A stretch of DNA of 55,401 nt, filler included, from Asterionella formosa (Eukaryota), in the NCBI GenBank assembly GCA_002256025.1. It is 5 parts of 5 records of this genome, joined end to end, with 100 filler letters (N's around TTAATTAATTAA, not from the genome) between each part and the next. Parts side by side here need not be neighbours in the genome. Positions count along the whole stretch, not along the records: positions 22,220 to 33,217 come from NKIB01008924.1; positions 33,318 to 44,314 come from NKIB01008925.1; 3 more parts are not named here. One strand, 5' to 3'. The notes under the pieces were generated by a model. The model worked only from the letters and a program-made list of their open reading frames with translations. It had not been told where the DNA came from and searched no databases. The translations under genes and the position numbers were made by a program. This document shows positions 23,610-35,902 of this stretch, piece after piece; position 1 is the stretch's first letter, and the number at the start of each line of letters is the position of its first letter.

Positions 23610-23933
23610 TTGTGTAGATGTCACCAGATTGATATGAGAAGTACAAATTAAGCTCATTTCCTAGTTGGGTATTATGAAAAGATTAATCTTTATGTAGTAG
23701 ATATCTATTTAGCTTGGTTACCAACTGACTTGATAGTTCTTGTTTGTTACAACTATTGAATCAAAAATTGGAAATTGTGTAGATGTCACCAGATTGATAT
23801 GAGAAATACAAATTAAGCTCATTTCCTAGTTGGGTAATATGAAAAGATTAATCTTGATGTGGTAGATATCTATTTAGCTTGGTTACCAACTGACTTGATA
23901 GTTCTTTGTTACAACTATTGAATCAAAAATTGG
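23610..23933 (+). repeat. Tandem duplication, two ~160-bp copies
   Basis: TTGTGTAGATGTCACCAG...TCAAAAATTGG at ~23610-23771 and ~23775-23933 with few differences. Confidence 0.93.
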
Positions 23934-24686
23934 TTTGTATATCAGGGTACCCAGTAGTTTATGGACATCACCTCTCCAAATTGGTATCATTGTGTACCAT
24001 CCAGTATCACATGAAAATCATATCATTACAAATTTGAAGTGGGTATCTAATTTTTGTACATATAATGATACGATTGGGGAATCAAAACGGTTTTCGGGAT
24101 ATGGAATCAACAACATTTCCCAATTGGGAACATGATGCAAACTAAAGTGGAACTCAATTTGGTATTGAAAAGTCCTAATTGTTACTTTGGTATCAATTCC
24201 TGGTGTATGCATTTACACATACTGGTACACAATATCACCTGAATTCCGAGATTAAATATTTGTTTTGTTACCGATTGGGAAAATCAAATCAGTATTGTTG
24301 CAGGCTCCTGTTTGTATCTTGCATAATTTTGGCACAAGCAGAGGATTCAACAATGATGACCATGGATGTGAATAGTACATCAATTGACATGGAATACCTG
24401 CATTCAAGGACAGAAATAGATTCAATTATTGCAAAACAAATGTGTTGATAGTTTTGTCCAAAATTTTTAAGCACAAAAGCTATTGATTGTCTGAAATGAT
24501 GGCAGAAATGCCTTTGTATTATGAACCAATGTCTTGGATTTATTCAATTTCAAAATGGTTTCGGGCATTTCCTGATGGAATCACTTCAACAACTAAAATA
24601 AAATATCTCATCATCCCTTTGTTTTGCTTTCCATACGTAGTAATATATGGTGCAAATAATACCGTGGGAAGAAAAGGGCTTTCAAA

Positions 24687-25484
24687 TCACTTTAGTTCAA
24701 AGACTCCCAATACATGCTCAGAATCATTTGGGAAATGCATGAAAGGCACTAGCTCACATGCCAATCGTGCTTCTGGTAATATTCGTTTCTCAGAAAAAAG
24801 TTGCTTTAGTTTTGGGACAACGAACTCACTGTACCGAGATTGAACAACATGAGCAGGGGTAACTGGGACTTTGTTGAATCGAAGATAGGTGCTATGCACA
24901 ATATTCGGAACCATCAAGGTGGATGGGTCGATTCCAGCATGAATCAGAAATTCTCGCTCGGTATGGACCTCATCAATGATGCATTGGCGCATTGCGTGGA
25001 TACCTCCCGTTGTTTCCTTCCACAACAAAATTCCCGCTCGCGAGCCAATCTGAGACGATTCAAAATGGATTTGAAGAGGGACTTTGGGCCAGGTTGATCT
25101 TTTAGCTGCTGCCCTTACAACTTTAGTCCAATGCCTGTTCAGTTTTTGTCTCGTTTCTGATCCCTTAGTGTCCAGTGTATGCGAGTGGAGTGTCGCTACT
25201 GTTATGTGAAGACATTCCGGTGGATTGAAATACACTGCTGCATCCGGTCCATTCACGTCTGACTCGTCAAAGCACTTTTGAACAAGTTGTTTCAGCTCAC
25301 GATAGGGATGTCCAATTTCATCTAGATTGGGTGGCCAACCAACAACTAAAACTAGGCTGAAGGAATCGTCATCAGGTCCCTTTGATGAGGTATCTTCCAG
25401 AATATTATTTACCAACATCCGAACATAAGGGTCAGCTTCAAAATTTGTTGCCGGACCATCTTTTGGTAGACTTGAAGATGACAT
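24687..25484 (-). CDS. 2H phosphoesterase superfamily protein (LigT-like fold)
   Basis: Two HxT/S motifs (LHITVATL, VHSTYLRF) about 100 aa apart in a 265-aa ORF. Confidence 0.75.
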   Translation of the reverse strand: MSSSSLPKDGPATNFEADPYVRMLVNNILEDTSSKGPDDDSFSLVLVVGWPPNLDEIGHPYRELKQLVQKCFDESDVNGPDAAVYFNPPECLHITVATLHSHTLDTKGSETRQKLNRHWTKVVRAAAKRSTWPKVPLQIHFESSQIGSRAGILLWKETTGGIHAMRQCIIDEVHTEREFLIHAGIDPSTLMVPNIVHSTYLRFNKVPVTPAHVVQSRYSEFVVPKLKQLFSEKRILPEARLACELVPFMHFPNDSEHVLGVFELK

Positions 25485-25700
25485 ACCGGTATTTCAGGCG
25501 GACAGCAGTAGATGGTGAATGTTATAGGAGCAAACAAAGTAAACAATTGAACAGTTGGTACCTGTATCTGATAGTGTCCGGCTGTTTACGTATTGGTATG
25601 CTTTCGTCGTGACATTCAGCGCTTGTTTATATTTTGCTTACTAATACTCGGAGTACTTCTGACAGAAGCGAGATTACGGTACCAGGTACCCGATACCTGG

Positions 25701-26112
25701 TGTCAAGAATATTACCGGTAGCCCGAGTCACAAGGATTGTGGACTCGATTGTAATCGAACGAGTCGAATATTGCATTGCCACGTCAATCAGCTGTCTAAC
25801 GAGATCAGAGATTGAAGATTTCTATGGAAATGTTAAGTGGAAACTCGAAGAGAGTCTTAGAATGACTTTGCAGGAAGCAAAGATGCATGGAAAGGAAACA
25901 TTTAGTTTAGCTTATAATTTAATTTGAGATTTAGATTATCAACCGAGGAAACAGTGTGTTAATTGACAGGAAGGTCAATTAGTCTATCTAGCAGGAAGGC
26001 TAGAAGCAGAGACAAGAGAGAAAGTAAGTGGTACTAGGTAGTACTACGATCACGTAAGAGTCTACGTGAAGAGAGACCCAACCCGCGGGAAGGAGTACGG
26101 ACCATTTCAACA
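25701..26112 (+). mobile_element. Solo Copia LTR with ACCTGG target-site duplication
   Basis: TGTCAAGAATAT...GAGTCACAAGGAYTGTGGACTCGA...GGGAAGGAGTACG..TTTCAACA matches LTR 10459-10837. ACCTGG lies at 25695-25700 and 26113-26118. Confidence 0.85.
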
Positions 26113-26329
26113 ACCTGGTACCTGGTAGTATAATTATAATACCCTACATACATTGTATTACGTTCGACCCCGGTAGGATACTTAATTAATAATATTATTA
26201 GACTTCTGTATATACCGGTAGCATAGCTATAAATTAAGATATTTTGACAAGAAAACTATGATCGCACTTTCAATCACACATCCCATTTGTGTTCCTTTCT
26301 CGATCATCGTGCTTGAACTCTATCCCATC

Positions 26330-27290
26330 ATGACAGAAAACATGCCAGTAGGTACGTTACATTAGCCCAATTGTAGTGCATACCATTGTTCTTGCTACGC
26401 TTGACCTGAACACAACACATCAATATCATTGTTGTAACAAAAGCATCCCAGGTCCAAGGTTCGAGCACCATTTTGACTCGATCACGATCTTTCAAAAAGC
26501 TTGTCAAGTGGGCCTTTCATGTATGCGATACCGACAAGGCTGGATCGATTAACAAAGCTGAGCTGTATGCTGGGCTTTTGCTCGTTCATTTGCACTGTGC
26601 AAAGTATGCTGGCCCTGCTGCTTGTTATGTGAGTTCATACAGGAATTGTGTATCCATTTATTGAATGTGAATGAATCATGTTTGTATAGTCTATATTTGA
26701 TTGAATAAATCACTTTCACTGACTGTTTTATTCAATTTCAGCCCGAATCAAGGGACAGAGTGGATCAGTTGTTTGATGCATCTGACTATGATAATTCAGG
26801 TGGAATCGACGAGAAGGTAGGCTTCTTGTTTACGAAATTTGATTTCACAAACATCATGTGTATCATTAGTTTGTCGAAGCTGACTAAGATGTGATTTTCA
26901 CTGCTTTTGCCAATGACTTCACTATAATAGGAATTCGAAAACATTATGATCATTTTATGTGGTCAGATCACCTCCAGAATCTTTGTTTACTATGCTGTCA
27001 TCATCTTCCTTGTGCCATATATTGCCATTTGGTGTCTTAACCTGTTATACTTTATTGGAGTCGACGATGCTGCATTGAGGGCTGACGCAATCTTTGATAA
27101 GGTCGCACCTAGTTTTATGCAATGGATCGTCCACTTGGTGCCACAAGATCTCCCTGAGCAACTTATATCATTGGCTCTCTTCTTCGTAGTGGTCCCAAAG
27201 TGTTTTGATATTATCGATAACATGGGAAATACAATTGCTGCAAAGAATCACATTATTGTGAATGAATTGCAAGTTGAAAAGAAAGATTGA
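26330..27290 (+). CDS. EF-hand pair protein with C-terminal transmembrane helices (4 exons)
   Basis: Exons 26330-26351, 26444-26628, 26742-26816 and 26931-27290 with GT-AG introns that keep frame. EF loops are DTDKAGSINKAE and DYDNSGGIDEKE. Confidence 0.85.
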
Positions 27291-27846
27291 TAGCTAAGAT
27301 TGTATGTCTATGAATAGAATGCGAGTGACTGTGTCTGTGAGGGAATACATATATTTATTAGGCAATATTATGTCGTGTACTACATTCACTAAACTGGAAG
27401 CAAAAATGACTCACGAAAAAGGGGACCGAAATTTCATACTCACTTCTTATTACGTTGAACCTTGGGTGGAGTTTTACTTTTTCTAGAAACTTGAAAATAT
27501 TCATAATAATTCAAGACCTTCTTTTCAGTCATCAGTTTAATATTCCTTTTAGCGTGTACAATCAGACTTCAACTCTCGTCGTCGATACCAATATCCGCAG
27601 CCCCCATCTTCAAACGTTTCTGTCGTATCATTCATCGTATCATCATCTGATTGCGCTATATTACTAAGTTACCCACTGTTGCGACCAATTCATCTATTGT
27701 AATACGTATCGTGCACCAACTTTAAAAGCTACATGTTTTAATCAATGACGAAGCTGTTGATAACATAGCTACGTACCTATGCATGGATTTTCCGAAGAAT
27801 ATTAACTTGGCATAACTTGTCAAACGAAAGCACAACTCGGATGTGC

Positions 27847-29406
27847 CTAAACATAACGTGCATTAGCTATGCCATCATTATTCAGCCAGGTGGGAGATAC
27901 ACAGTCTTTGTAAAATACCGGATAGTCTGCATCTTGGAGCCAAGCTTTCAGAAAAGCAAAACTGGCCTCTGGTTTGTATGTCGGAACCATGTGCCCCGCT
28001 CCACGGATGGTGAGAAAGTCAAACGAGCCCTGGTATCGCTGTACGTATCCACCCATGCGGCGACAGCCATCGATAGTCCATGGTCGCCAAGATTCAATTT
28101 CTGTCAAACCCAACGATGCTGTCCAGTTTTGAGCAGCAAATGATGTGATTGCTGGGTCTGCATCACCATTGTATACGAGTGCACGAACATGGCCGTATTT
28201 GCCACCAGCCACATCCTTATAAAACCCTGTCAAGTCTGGCTCAGTCGGTGTGTAACTAAAATCAGCAGCATTGTCGACGCTAAAAAACTGTGCCTGTAGA
28301 GGAATATGAAAGGCTTCCTTCACTTCCGTTAGGGTCATATAGTGGTCCATAACGATACCACCACCACAAGGATAATCATTGACGGCTCCCTCCACAACGT
28401 TGACCCCAAGGGTCCTTGCAAGTATACCATTGGTATAGGTACAGTCGTCGTATAACGAATACTCATAGAAGCCTCCCACTTCTTCCATGACAACTTCAAC
28501 CATACGCTGGCACTCTTTCGACAGACCACGAAGGGAAGGTTGAGGTGTGCCTCCACAAACACTTACAACCTTTTGAAACACACTATATGGCAATTGCCCA
28601 TGTCCCGCCAGAAATAGAATTGAAAAGTATTCATTCAACCACGAATTGGCTCCGAGTTCCCCGCAAACATTTGTCTCTGTTCCCAGACAGCCATCCCCCA
28701 CTGCAAAACCCTTGAGATTCATCTTGAGGTCTGTCGCTGGGTCGTTTTGAAGGATACGCCGTGCCAATGTTGGAATGTATATTCCTGCATATGATTCTCC
28801 AGTTAAGTAAAGAGGACGTCCTTGGAGAGAGGGGAACCTGGTCAAAAATGTCTGCAAAGCAAGAAATGTATTGAGCGACGCTAGCTCGTCGGTCCAATCG
28901 AGGCAGGAGCTTCCCTTGCCGGCATAGTCGTCATTGCAATATGAAAATCCCACAGGAGCAGGTGCGTCAAATACAAGAATACTGCCCAACTTGGTCCAAC
29001 TATTGGGGTTGTAAATAGGAGTTGGAACGCCAGTTTCCTTGTACGTTTCTGTTTGCAATGACAGCTGCGAGAGCAGCAAAGGTCCCAGCTCTGTGATGAG
29101 GCCAAATATCGACGACGCTCCAGGGCCACCGTTGCTCCAATATATCAAAGGAGTCGAAGCGGGATCTTCCGTTTCTTCTGCTTCTATGTAGACATAGTGA
29201 GTGTGGATCTTGGTTCCCTCGATCTCGTAGTCGAGGAATCCAGAAAACCAAGGCGACGGCATCGAATGAGGATAGCCGGGGATCATGTACATACGGTCTG
29301 GATGCTTTAGCATGCCGTCATCGATGGGCGCCGAAGTGACTTGTGGATAGAACGATGTAAACGATAAAAGACAGCAAGCCGCAGTGCTGCTTCGAGGGAA
29401 CACCAT
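27847..29406 (-). CDS. Serine carboxypeptidase (peptidase S10), secreted
   Basis: WSNGGPGASS, GESYAG (catalytic Ser), NGDAD and GAGHMVP motifs. Signal peptide runs from MVFPRSS (29406). Confidence 0.95.
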   Translation of the reverse strand: MVFPRSSTAACCLLSFTSFYPQVTSAPIDDGMLKHPDRMYMIPGYPHSMPSPWFSGFLDYEIEGTKIHTHYVYIEAEETEDPASTPLIYWSNGGPGASSIFGLITELGPLLLSQLSLQTETYKETGVPTPIYNPNSWTKLGSILVFDAPAPVGFSYCNDDYAGKGSSCLDWTDELASLNTFLALQTFLTRFPSLQGRPLYLTGESYAGIYIPTLARRILQNDPATDLKMNLKGFAVGDGCLGTETNVCGELGANSWLNEYFSILFLAGHGQLPYSVFQKVVSVCGGTPQPSLRGLSKECQRMVEVVMEEVGGFYEYSLYDDCTYTNGILARTLGVNVVEGAVNDYPCGGGIVMDHYMTLTEVKEAFHIPLQAQFFSVDNAADFSYTPTEPDLTGFYKDVAGGKYGHVRALVYNGDADPAITSFAAQNWTASLGLTEIESWRPWTIDGCRRMGGYVQRYQGSFDFLTIRGAGHMVPTYKPEASFAFLKAWLQDADYPVFYKDCVSPTWLNNDGIANARYV

Positions 29407-32223
29407 CTTGATTAATGAAACGATTGATGCGCTTCTTATTTTATGTACTGTTGGAAACAAATATTCTTTGTATTTTGTTCCTTGGTGACAACAACCACAG
29501 TCATGGCTGCCCATCGTTGCTACATACCCGGTGCCAGGTACTAAGTACTGGCACAGTACCAGGCCCCTGGTACTCGCCCACGACCACCAAAACAAATATT
29601 TTTTGACGTAGATCTTAGTCACGAGGGGCGATCAAAGATAGTGTTATTGGAGCTCACGATTTCCTCATTATCGCAACAATCACCTGCTTCTTGCCGAAAG
29701 TACAGGCCGGTGTACCGTTTGACATGGGCATAACATCCTGAGATGATGTACCGGTACCAGTAGCAATGCCCCGCTCGTATCAGGTGGTAGTCTAGCTAGT
29801 GCGTCTGGACTGGACTACGGTATGCACTGAATGTACGAATCACACAGAATTGAGGAAGACACAACAGATTAAAATTTCATTATGCAAGTGAATTGGTTAA
29901 CTCATTAGTTGATTGTTTTCAATGTAAAATCCAGGCGTATTTTCTACTATAGTAGGACGAGGCTAATGGTAGCTAGGTCATCCAGTGCATGTGCAATTAG
30001 GAGTAACTATTGGCTGTGTCCTCTCCCTCTTGTCATATTTGTTCAAGTCACACTTGTAGCCTCAGAAATTTGTCCCGACGAAATTGTTAGCAAGACTGCG
30101 CCAGATTTTTTCGTTTAGATTGTAGGTTCTGTTGGTACAAAGATGAAGTCATGGCTGCGCCAGGATTTTTGACCCCCTCTGAATTCATAAAGACAACATT
30201 TAACCACCACTGTGCACAATATGTTTTCAACATGGGGACGACCCTTACAACTAGCATCCCCCTTCCAGATTTTCAGCGCCTCACCATTAACAAATCCTTC
30301 ATCAGCCAAGAACTCACATATTGTTTGTTGCAACAACAGAAGGTGGAATGATGGCTGCAACATTGAGATCATAAGCAATCAATGCTTTTAAGGTAAGATT
30401 TATTTGCTTGCTATTTTTGCTATCACATCACCAAGCCAGGGATAACTCATACTGATATGCTGTTGTTTTCAACATTCATTTGACATTTGAACAGGCCTTT
30501 TCAGAAAAGGAGTGTTCTTGTTTGGAAAGCATGAGTGATAGAAGATGAAATGACACAATATGGAGACCCGCAATGGAGGCCGCCTTTAAGGTGAGCTTAA
30601 TCTTCAGTTTTTGTCATCACATCAGCAAAGCGAGCGATAAATCAGGTGGTTCTATTGTTGTTGTCTACATTTATTTTACATTTTAGCCGTCCATTTCACA
30701 ACAGGAGCATTCTTTTGAATGCATCAGTGAGTGCGGTGCTGCCTGGCTGATACCGGTTTGTTGTTTCAATGCGACTGCCCCGAGAAACAGTTGAATACTA
30801 CCACATCTGTGTGTTGCTTTCTGCTGTTGCTAGTTCTAGTAAATGAATGACTGACACACTGTTGTTATGTAAATCTTTGCAGGTCAATGACGAAGTCATT
30901 TCAAGGACAAGAAGGAAGCCAGTGTGTGATGCATTCATGTTGCAACTTCGTGCAATGATGCCTCTTCAAGAATGAATGATTTTTTCATTCAGAATGAATG
31001 GCTTCTGTTTGTCTTGCATTGTCCTTACAGACTTCTCATAATGCCTGCCTTCTCAAGACTGAAGATGCCATTCTGAAAGAACTGCTTCGTTTGATTGCAT
31101 ATCGAGATTTGTTTCCCATGTCATGTGAAATACCGGTAGTTGAATTAGTAATCAACATATTTGATAATACTTTTAAATTACATAAACAAATTTAATACAT
31201 TACATGAACTATATTATAGAATTACGTGAACAAAATTATAAGGCAATGTGAACTAAATTACAGAATTAATTGAAGTATTTTAAATAATTATGTGAAGTAT
31301 TTTAAATAATTATGTGAAGTTGATGACGTAATATAGTGATGACCAGGAATGCATGCATGATACTCTGATCAAATAATTAACGTGATGTATTCAGATAATA
31401 TATAGATACATTGTTCAAGTAAGCAATTTGATGTATTCAACTAATTCATGTAATCCATTCAAAATCAACTAGGCTTCTTTACGTGATGGTCACTTCACGT
31501 AATACGCGGCTTAGATGCCTGTCATCCACCACTGATGATTTTGATGTAATAGATGATTCCAAATGAAGGAAAAATAATATAGATTACATGTCAATGCTAG
31601 TATGATTGATTAGGAAGCTATCACTCTAACTAATTGGAAAAACGGAAAAGTTTTTCTATTCTAGAACACCAATATACAAATGCATAGTCATATTGGTTTT
31701 TGATGGGCTGTTTGGATAAGCTAGGATTTGGGTCGAAGTTTTAAAATTAACATATTGGCATTTGGTGGGGTCAAACCGTGTTGTTCTCATGTTCAGTGGG
31801 TCATAGCAGTTCCACATTTTTTAGTGGGTTACAGCAGTTTTTACTGGTACTAGGGTACTCGAATTTGACACCCTATTACCAGTAGTTAACAGCTTCAGGT
31901 GGTCAGCAAGGGTAATAGTGCCCAGAAGAAGAATTAAGTTTTACAACCAAGGCATTCTATTATATATATGATCAGGTTGCCAGCTAGCTGATACTAAACT
32001 TCATAAAAGAAAAACATGGTGTCATTAACTTTGATGAAACGAAATAGCTACAGCACTCAATTTTCATTATGTATCACTACTGGAAGCAAGCAGTGAATTC
32101 GAAAAGTGGTATTGAAATGCTAATGCAAATTAATCTGGTTGACAGCATACTTGATGCAAAGCCATATATGAATGTACCATAGTCCCTTCCTGGTTTCTTA
32201 TATTATGTATAGGTAGGTAAATT

Positions 32224-32778
32224 TCAACGAATCTTCTTCAACGTAATCTCGAAATGTAATTTGGCATTTGGTGGAATATCAGGTGGGCATCCCCGCTTTC
32301 CATATCCCAGCTTGCTGGGGATAACTAGATTCCTTATTCCTCCCACCTTCATACCAGCAACCCCTTGGTCCCAACCTTTGATTACATCCCCAGCACCCAA
32401 GCAAAAGCCAAATGTACTAGCAGCATCAAATTGGTATCCATCATCAAGTGTCCCCACATACTTGACGACAACGGTATCTCCAAATTTAGCTTCATCGCCC
32501 TGGCCTTCTTTTCTATCGTTCATTAATACTTCCGGAGTATATTCCACATCGCTACTACTTACGGGATCGCCTTTGACTCGAAAGGATTGACCAGATCGTA
32601 CCAATTTTCCAGAAGCCACGGCTTTTTTCAAAGCCGATTTGAGAGCAGTGGGATTATCGTACTCCATTTCCGTCTTTAGGTATTTGGCAATGGCAGAACG
32701 TGACACAAATCCCTGCGGTTGCTTGCGAATGGCATAAAGGATTTTTTCCAGAAATTTCTTTGGAGGTGTTGAGGACAT
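32224..32778 (-). CDS. Linker-histone H15 winged-helix domain fused to FKBP-type PPIase
   Basis: N-half ILYAIRK...SRSAIAKYL...LKSALKKAVASGKLVRSGQSFRV. C-half VVKYVGTLDDG.QFD...VIKGWDQGVAGMKVGG.R.LVIPS.LGYG..G.PP.IPPNA.L.FEI. Confidence 0.9.
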   Translation of the reverse strand: MSSTPPKKFLEKILYAIRKQPQGFVSRSAIAKYLKTEMEYDNPTALKSALKKAVASGKLVRSGQSFRVKGDPVSSSDVEYTPEVLMNDRKEGQGDEAKFGDTVVVKYVGTLDDGYQFDAASTFGFCLGAGDVIKGWDQGVAGMKVGGIRNLVIPSKLGYGKRGCPPDIPPNAKLHFEITLKKIR

Positions 32779-33877
32779 TTTTAAGGAGCAATAAAAGCTG
32801 GAGTCCAATTTACGTGATCAGCGAATGAATTGAAATACACTATGAGCGCCGTTGCAAATATCATATATTCTGGGAGCAGACAGTACGGCGAGATTGGTAC
32901 TTTGATTATGATTGTATTCAATTGCTATAGTACTCAGATGTCTCGGCTCCCCCTTTCCCCGTTGCTTCACGATGCTTTCCGGAGACGAGAAGTGAAATGA
33001 GGGACTCAGGGACAAAGATGAATCACCAGATGCCGGTTATAAAATCTACTTCCTACTACACTATGTACGTACCGTATACTTCATTGTCCTGGACCCCCCC
33101 TATGGTTGCTGGACCCCCCTGTACATTTTTCTCGAGGTGGAACCAAACACCCAATAATTTTCTTGTCATAGACAAAGTAACGTGCTATAATTCTTTTTGT
33201 CCTCGTAGGCACTAGTANNNNNNNNNNNNNNNNNNNNNNNNNNNNNNNNNNNNNNNNNNNNTTAATTAATTAANNNNNNNNNNNNNNNNNNNNNNNNNNN
33301 NNNNNNNNNNNNNNNNNCTCTATCCCAGGGGTGTATCAGATATCTGGAAACAGAAAAATGCTAGATACCACAAGGTATTTGATCTATTCCTTTTTTCAAT
33401 CTGCATGCACCACGTGGTATGAGCAATTTGATCTTGACTATCCACACTGTCGCAATAGTATATAGAAACGATAACAAATGAAGCTTGCAGTACATTCCTA
33501 ATTCAAAAAATCGCAATAGTTTAGAGGATTCTAGATTACCTGGTATGAGAAGACTGGGGTGCCAATATAGTGTTAACTATCGAATATATACTGTTGGTAT
33601 AATGTACCCGAGAAACTACTGTTATATATTCTTCAAATTCTGAAGCGCTGGTCAACTATGCATAAACTTTATTCATGTGTATGCTATTTATATAGAACAT
33701 TTGGCTGTAATTAATCAATCAGGCTCTCGCCATAAATCCATTACATACACGTCTATTTGGATTTATTTACCGTTATAAAATATGCACAGAATTGATTCCA
33801 TTCGCATTCAGCGTGCATATACCGGTATATAGTATTTCTTTCAAAGAAAAGTATCGTATGTAGTGAGGCATTGGAAA

Positions 33878-33990
33878 ATTTGTTCACAAATATGATACAG
33901 AGTTTCGGCAAAATAGTTCATTATCAATGATACATTTTTCAGGTCAATAGAAACATGGTTACTTCCCAGCTTATTGTGCTAAGTTTCTTG
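33878..33990 (+). repeat. Duplicated promoter/5' gene segment, second copy at ~37680-37790
   Basis: TTTGTTCACAAATATGATACAGAGT..CGGC.AAATAGTTCATTATC...TTACTTCC...GTGCTAAGTTT is shared by both copies. Confidence 0.8.
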
Positions 33991-34761
33991 GTAGTTGCGG
34001 CAAGCAGTTCTTTCCTTAATTTCTCTACCTTGAGGACAACAAATAACAATGATATCCACAGTAATGCCGCCTTTTCTGGTGGTTACAATCGATACGACAA
34101 TTTCGGTGGTGGGGGTTGGGGTGGCAGTCCTCAAACCAGTGGGAAATTGACCCATTCTTGCGAGTCACCCAGTGCCAACGTTCGTGGTAAATATTCCTCA
34201 TTAATCCTCCCTTGCGCCTTTACCTTCCACAAGTGTACTGGTAGCGATGACGAAGGTCCCTTTTCAACCTCCACTGTTTGTTCTGATGATAATCATGTCA
34301 ACAAAGGTGATGAAAACTATCAGATTATGGATTATGTCTAAAGCTGCTGGGGCGATGAATGTGTGGGCGACTATACTCGGTGCTACTTATTGAAGAAGGA
34401 CAAGGCCATCTACCTGTCCTTTGCTTGTGGGAAAGGATAGACATTTCCCTTGAGTGCTACTCATTTGAGCGTGAATTGCACTGCTGATAAAGCGGCGCAA
34501 TTGGCTGCCCTGAACAACCCCACGAAAGAATACATTACTCATATCACCAATGACACCTACATGAAGCAGAATAAAGAAATGGAAGAACAGGCACGAAAGG
34601 AAACGCATCGAATGGAACTTTTCCTCGTTATTGGGTTGAGTATCTGTATACTCTGCCTGTCTAGTAGGTGGGTATCTCGAAAGTGCGTATATCGTCGCTC
34701 GCGACAGTCGCAGCAACAACTCATACTCTGTGGTGGAACGAGAAAAAGTCAAACTCACTGA
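33955..34761 (+). pseudogene. Cys-rich type I membrane protein with two in-frame stops
   Basis: Signal peptide, Cys-rich ectodomain and TM helix (LFLVIGLSICILCL). The two ORFs are in the same frame, separated by TAA (34339-34341) and TAG (34438-34440). Confidence 0.6.
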
Positions 34762-35902
34762 AAAGACTCCAGAAGTGGTGTGAGCAAGTGATTGTAAATG
34801 CATTTTCAATGGCTGCTGTCAGCCATTTTCCCAAGAAATCTCACAGACAACAGGAATCTTTTGTGACTTGCTTTTGTCTTTCTGCATTACATATCGTCAT
34901 AAAGTATTCAAAGCCCTGACCTTTCGTTCTGAATCACGGGGAAATGGAAGTGATTGTTCATTTCCATTCATTCTACACTTTAAAAGATTTAGAATGTATT
35001 ATTCACTGGACTGGACCCCCCTGACATACCCCTATTTGCTAGATATCAGGCATGCTAGGATGTATTTGTGGAGGATTTGAAATGGCAATGTCAAACACCA
35101 CTACCGGTATTCATTTGTGCTATGCAGCAATACCCTATGCAGACCAGGTATTGATAATAGTCGTATTGCTTTGTTCCATAACTCGTTATTGCCTGCTTGA
35201 TAAGATTCAGAGCAAACGCAACGCTCGCCTCCTTGCTTAGGGCTTAGTTGAGGACAGAACCGATTTCGCAACTTGGACAGGACTTCTTCCTTGGCTCAGC
35301 CTTCAACCTAATACCGCGTAGCAGAAAGGCTATTTTGCATCTAGCCCACATATCTTGTAGCGACTGCATTCATACCCTTAATGTATTATACTTTCTAGAT
35401 GATGTAACTTTTGATATAGCTTTACCTTCGTGTGATGGTAACGATGAGTGCATGCACTACCGTGATATTTGCCGTTTACAGTAGACGACAAACAAGCAAA
35501 ACGCCGTAATATCATACTCCTTACATCATTTGCATCTTTCTATTGTACCTGTTATTCTGGTACTACCAGTAGGACCCTTACATCATTGTGGTTAGGGTTC
35601 CTCATCAGCTGCGGATATTCCTGGCTGTGGTCCTTGTTTGCGTTTTGAATCATGGGATTATTAAGTGAGTACCTGGTACAGTATTGCCCATCATTAATGC
35701 ATGATTCGACGAATTTACCATATGTGCTATGTACCGGTACCAGAGTTCATTAAGTCATGTTACTTAGTATGTAACTCAAAATATAAAACAAAATTTAGAT
35801 GCGCTCATAAATCAAATTCGTTTGAATCGCTCAGTTCCACAAAACAGTTTGTGTGTCAACAAACTGAACTCTTTGTTCATCGCTTCATCATCACTATAAC
35901 AT

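Noticed and set aside
29407..29622. 72-aa N-terminal extension of the carboxypeptidase ORF
   Set aside because: Starts at a non-ATG codon. The signal peptide begins at Met 29406, so the extension is likely UTR or promoter.
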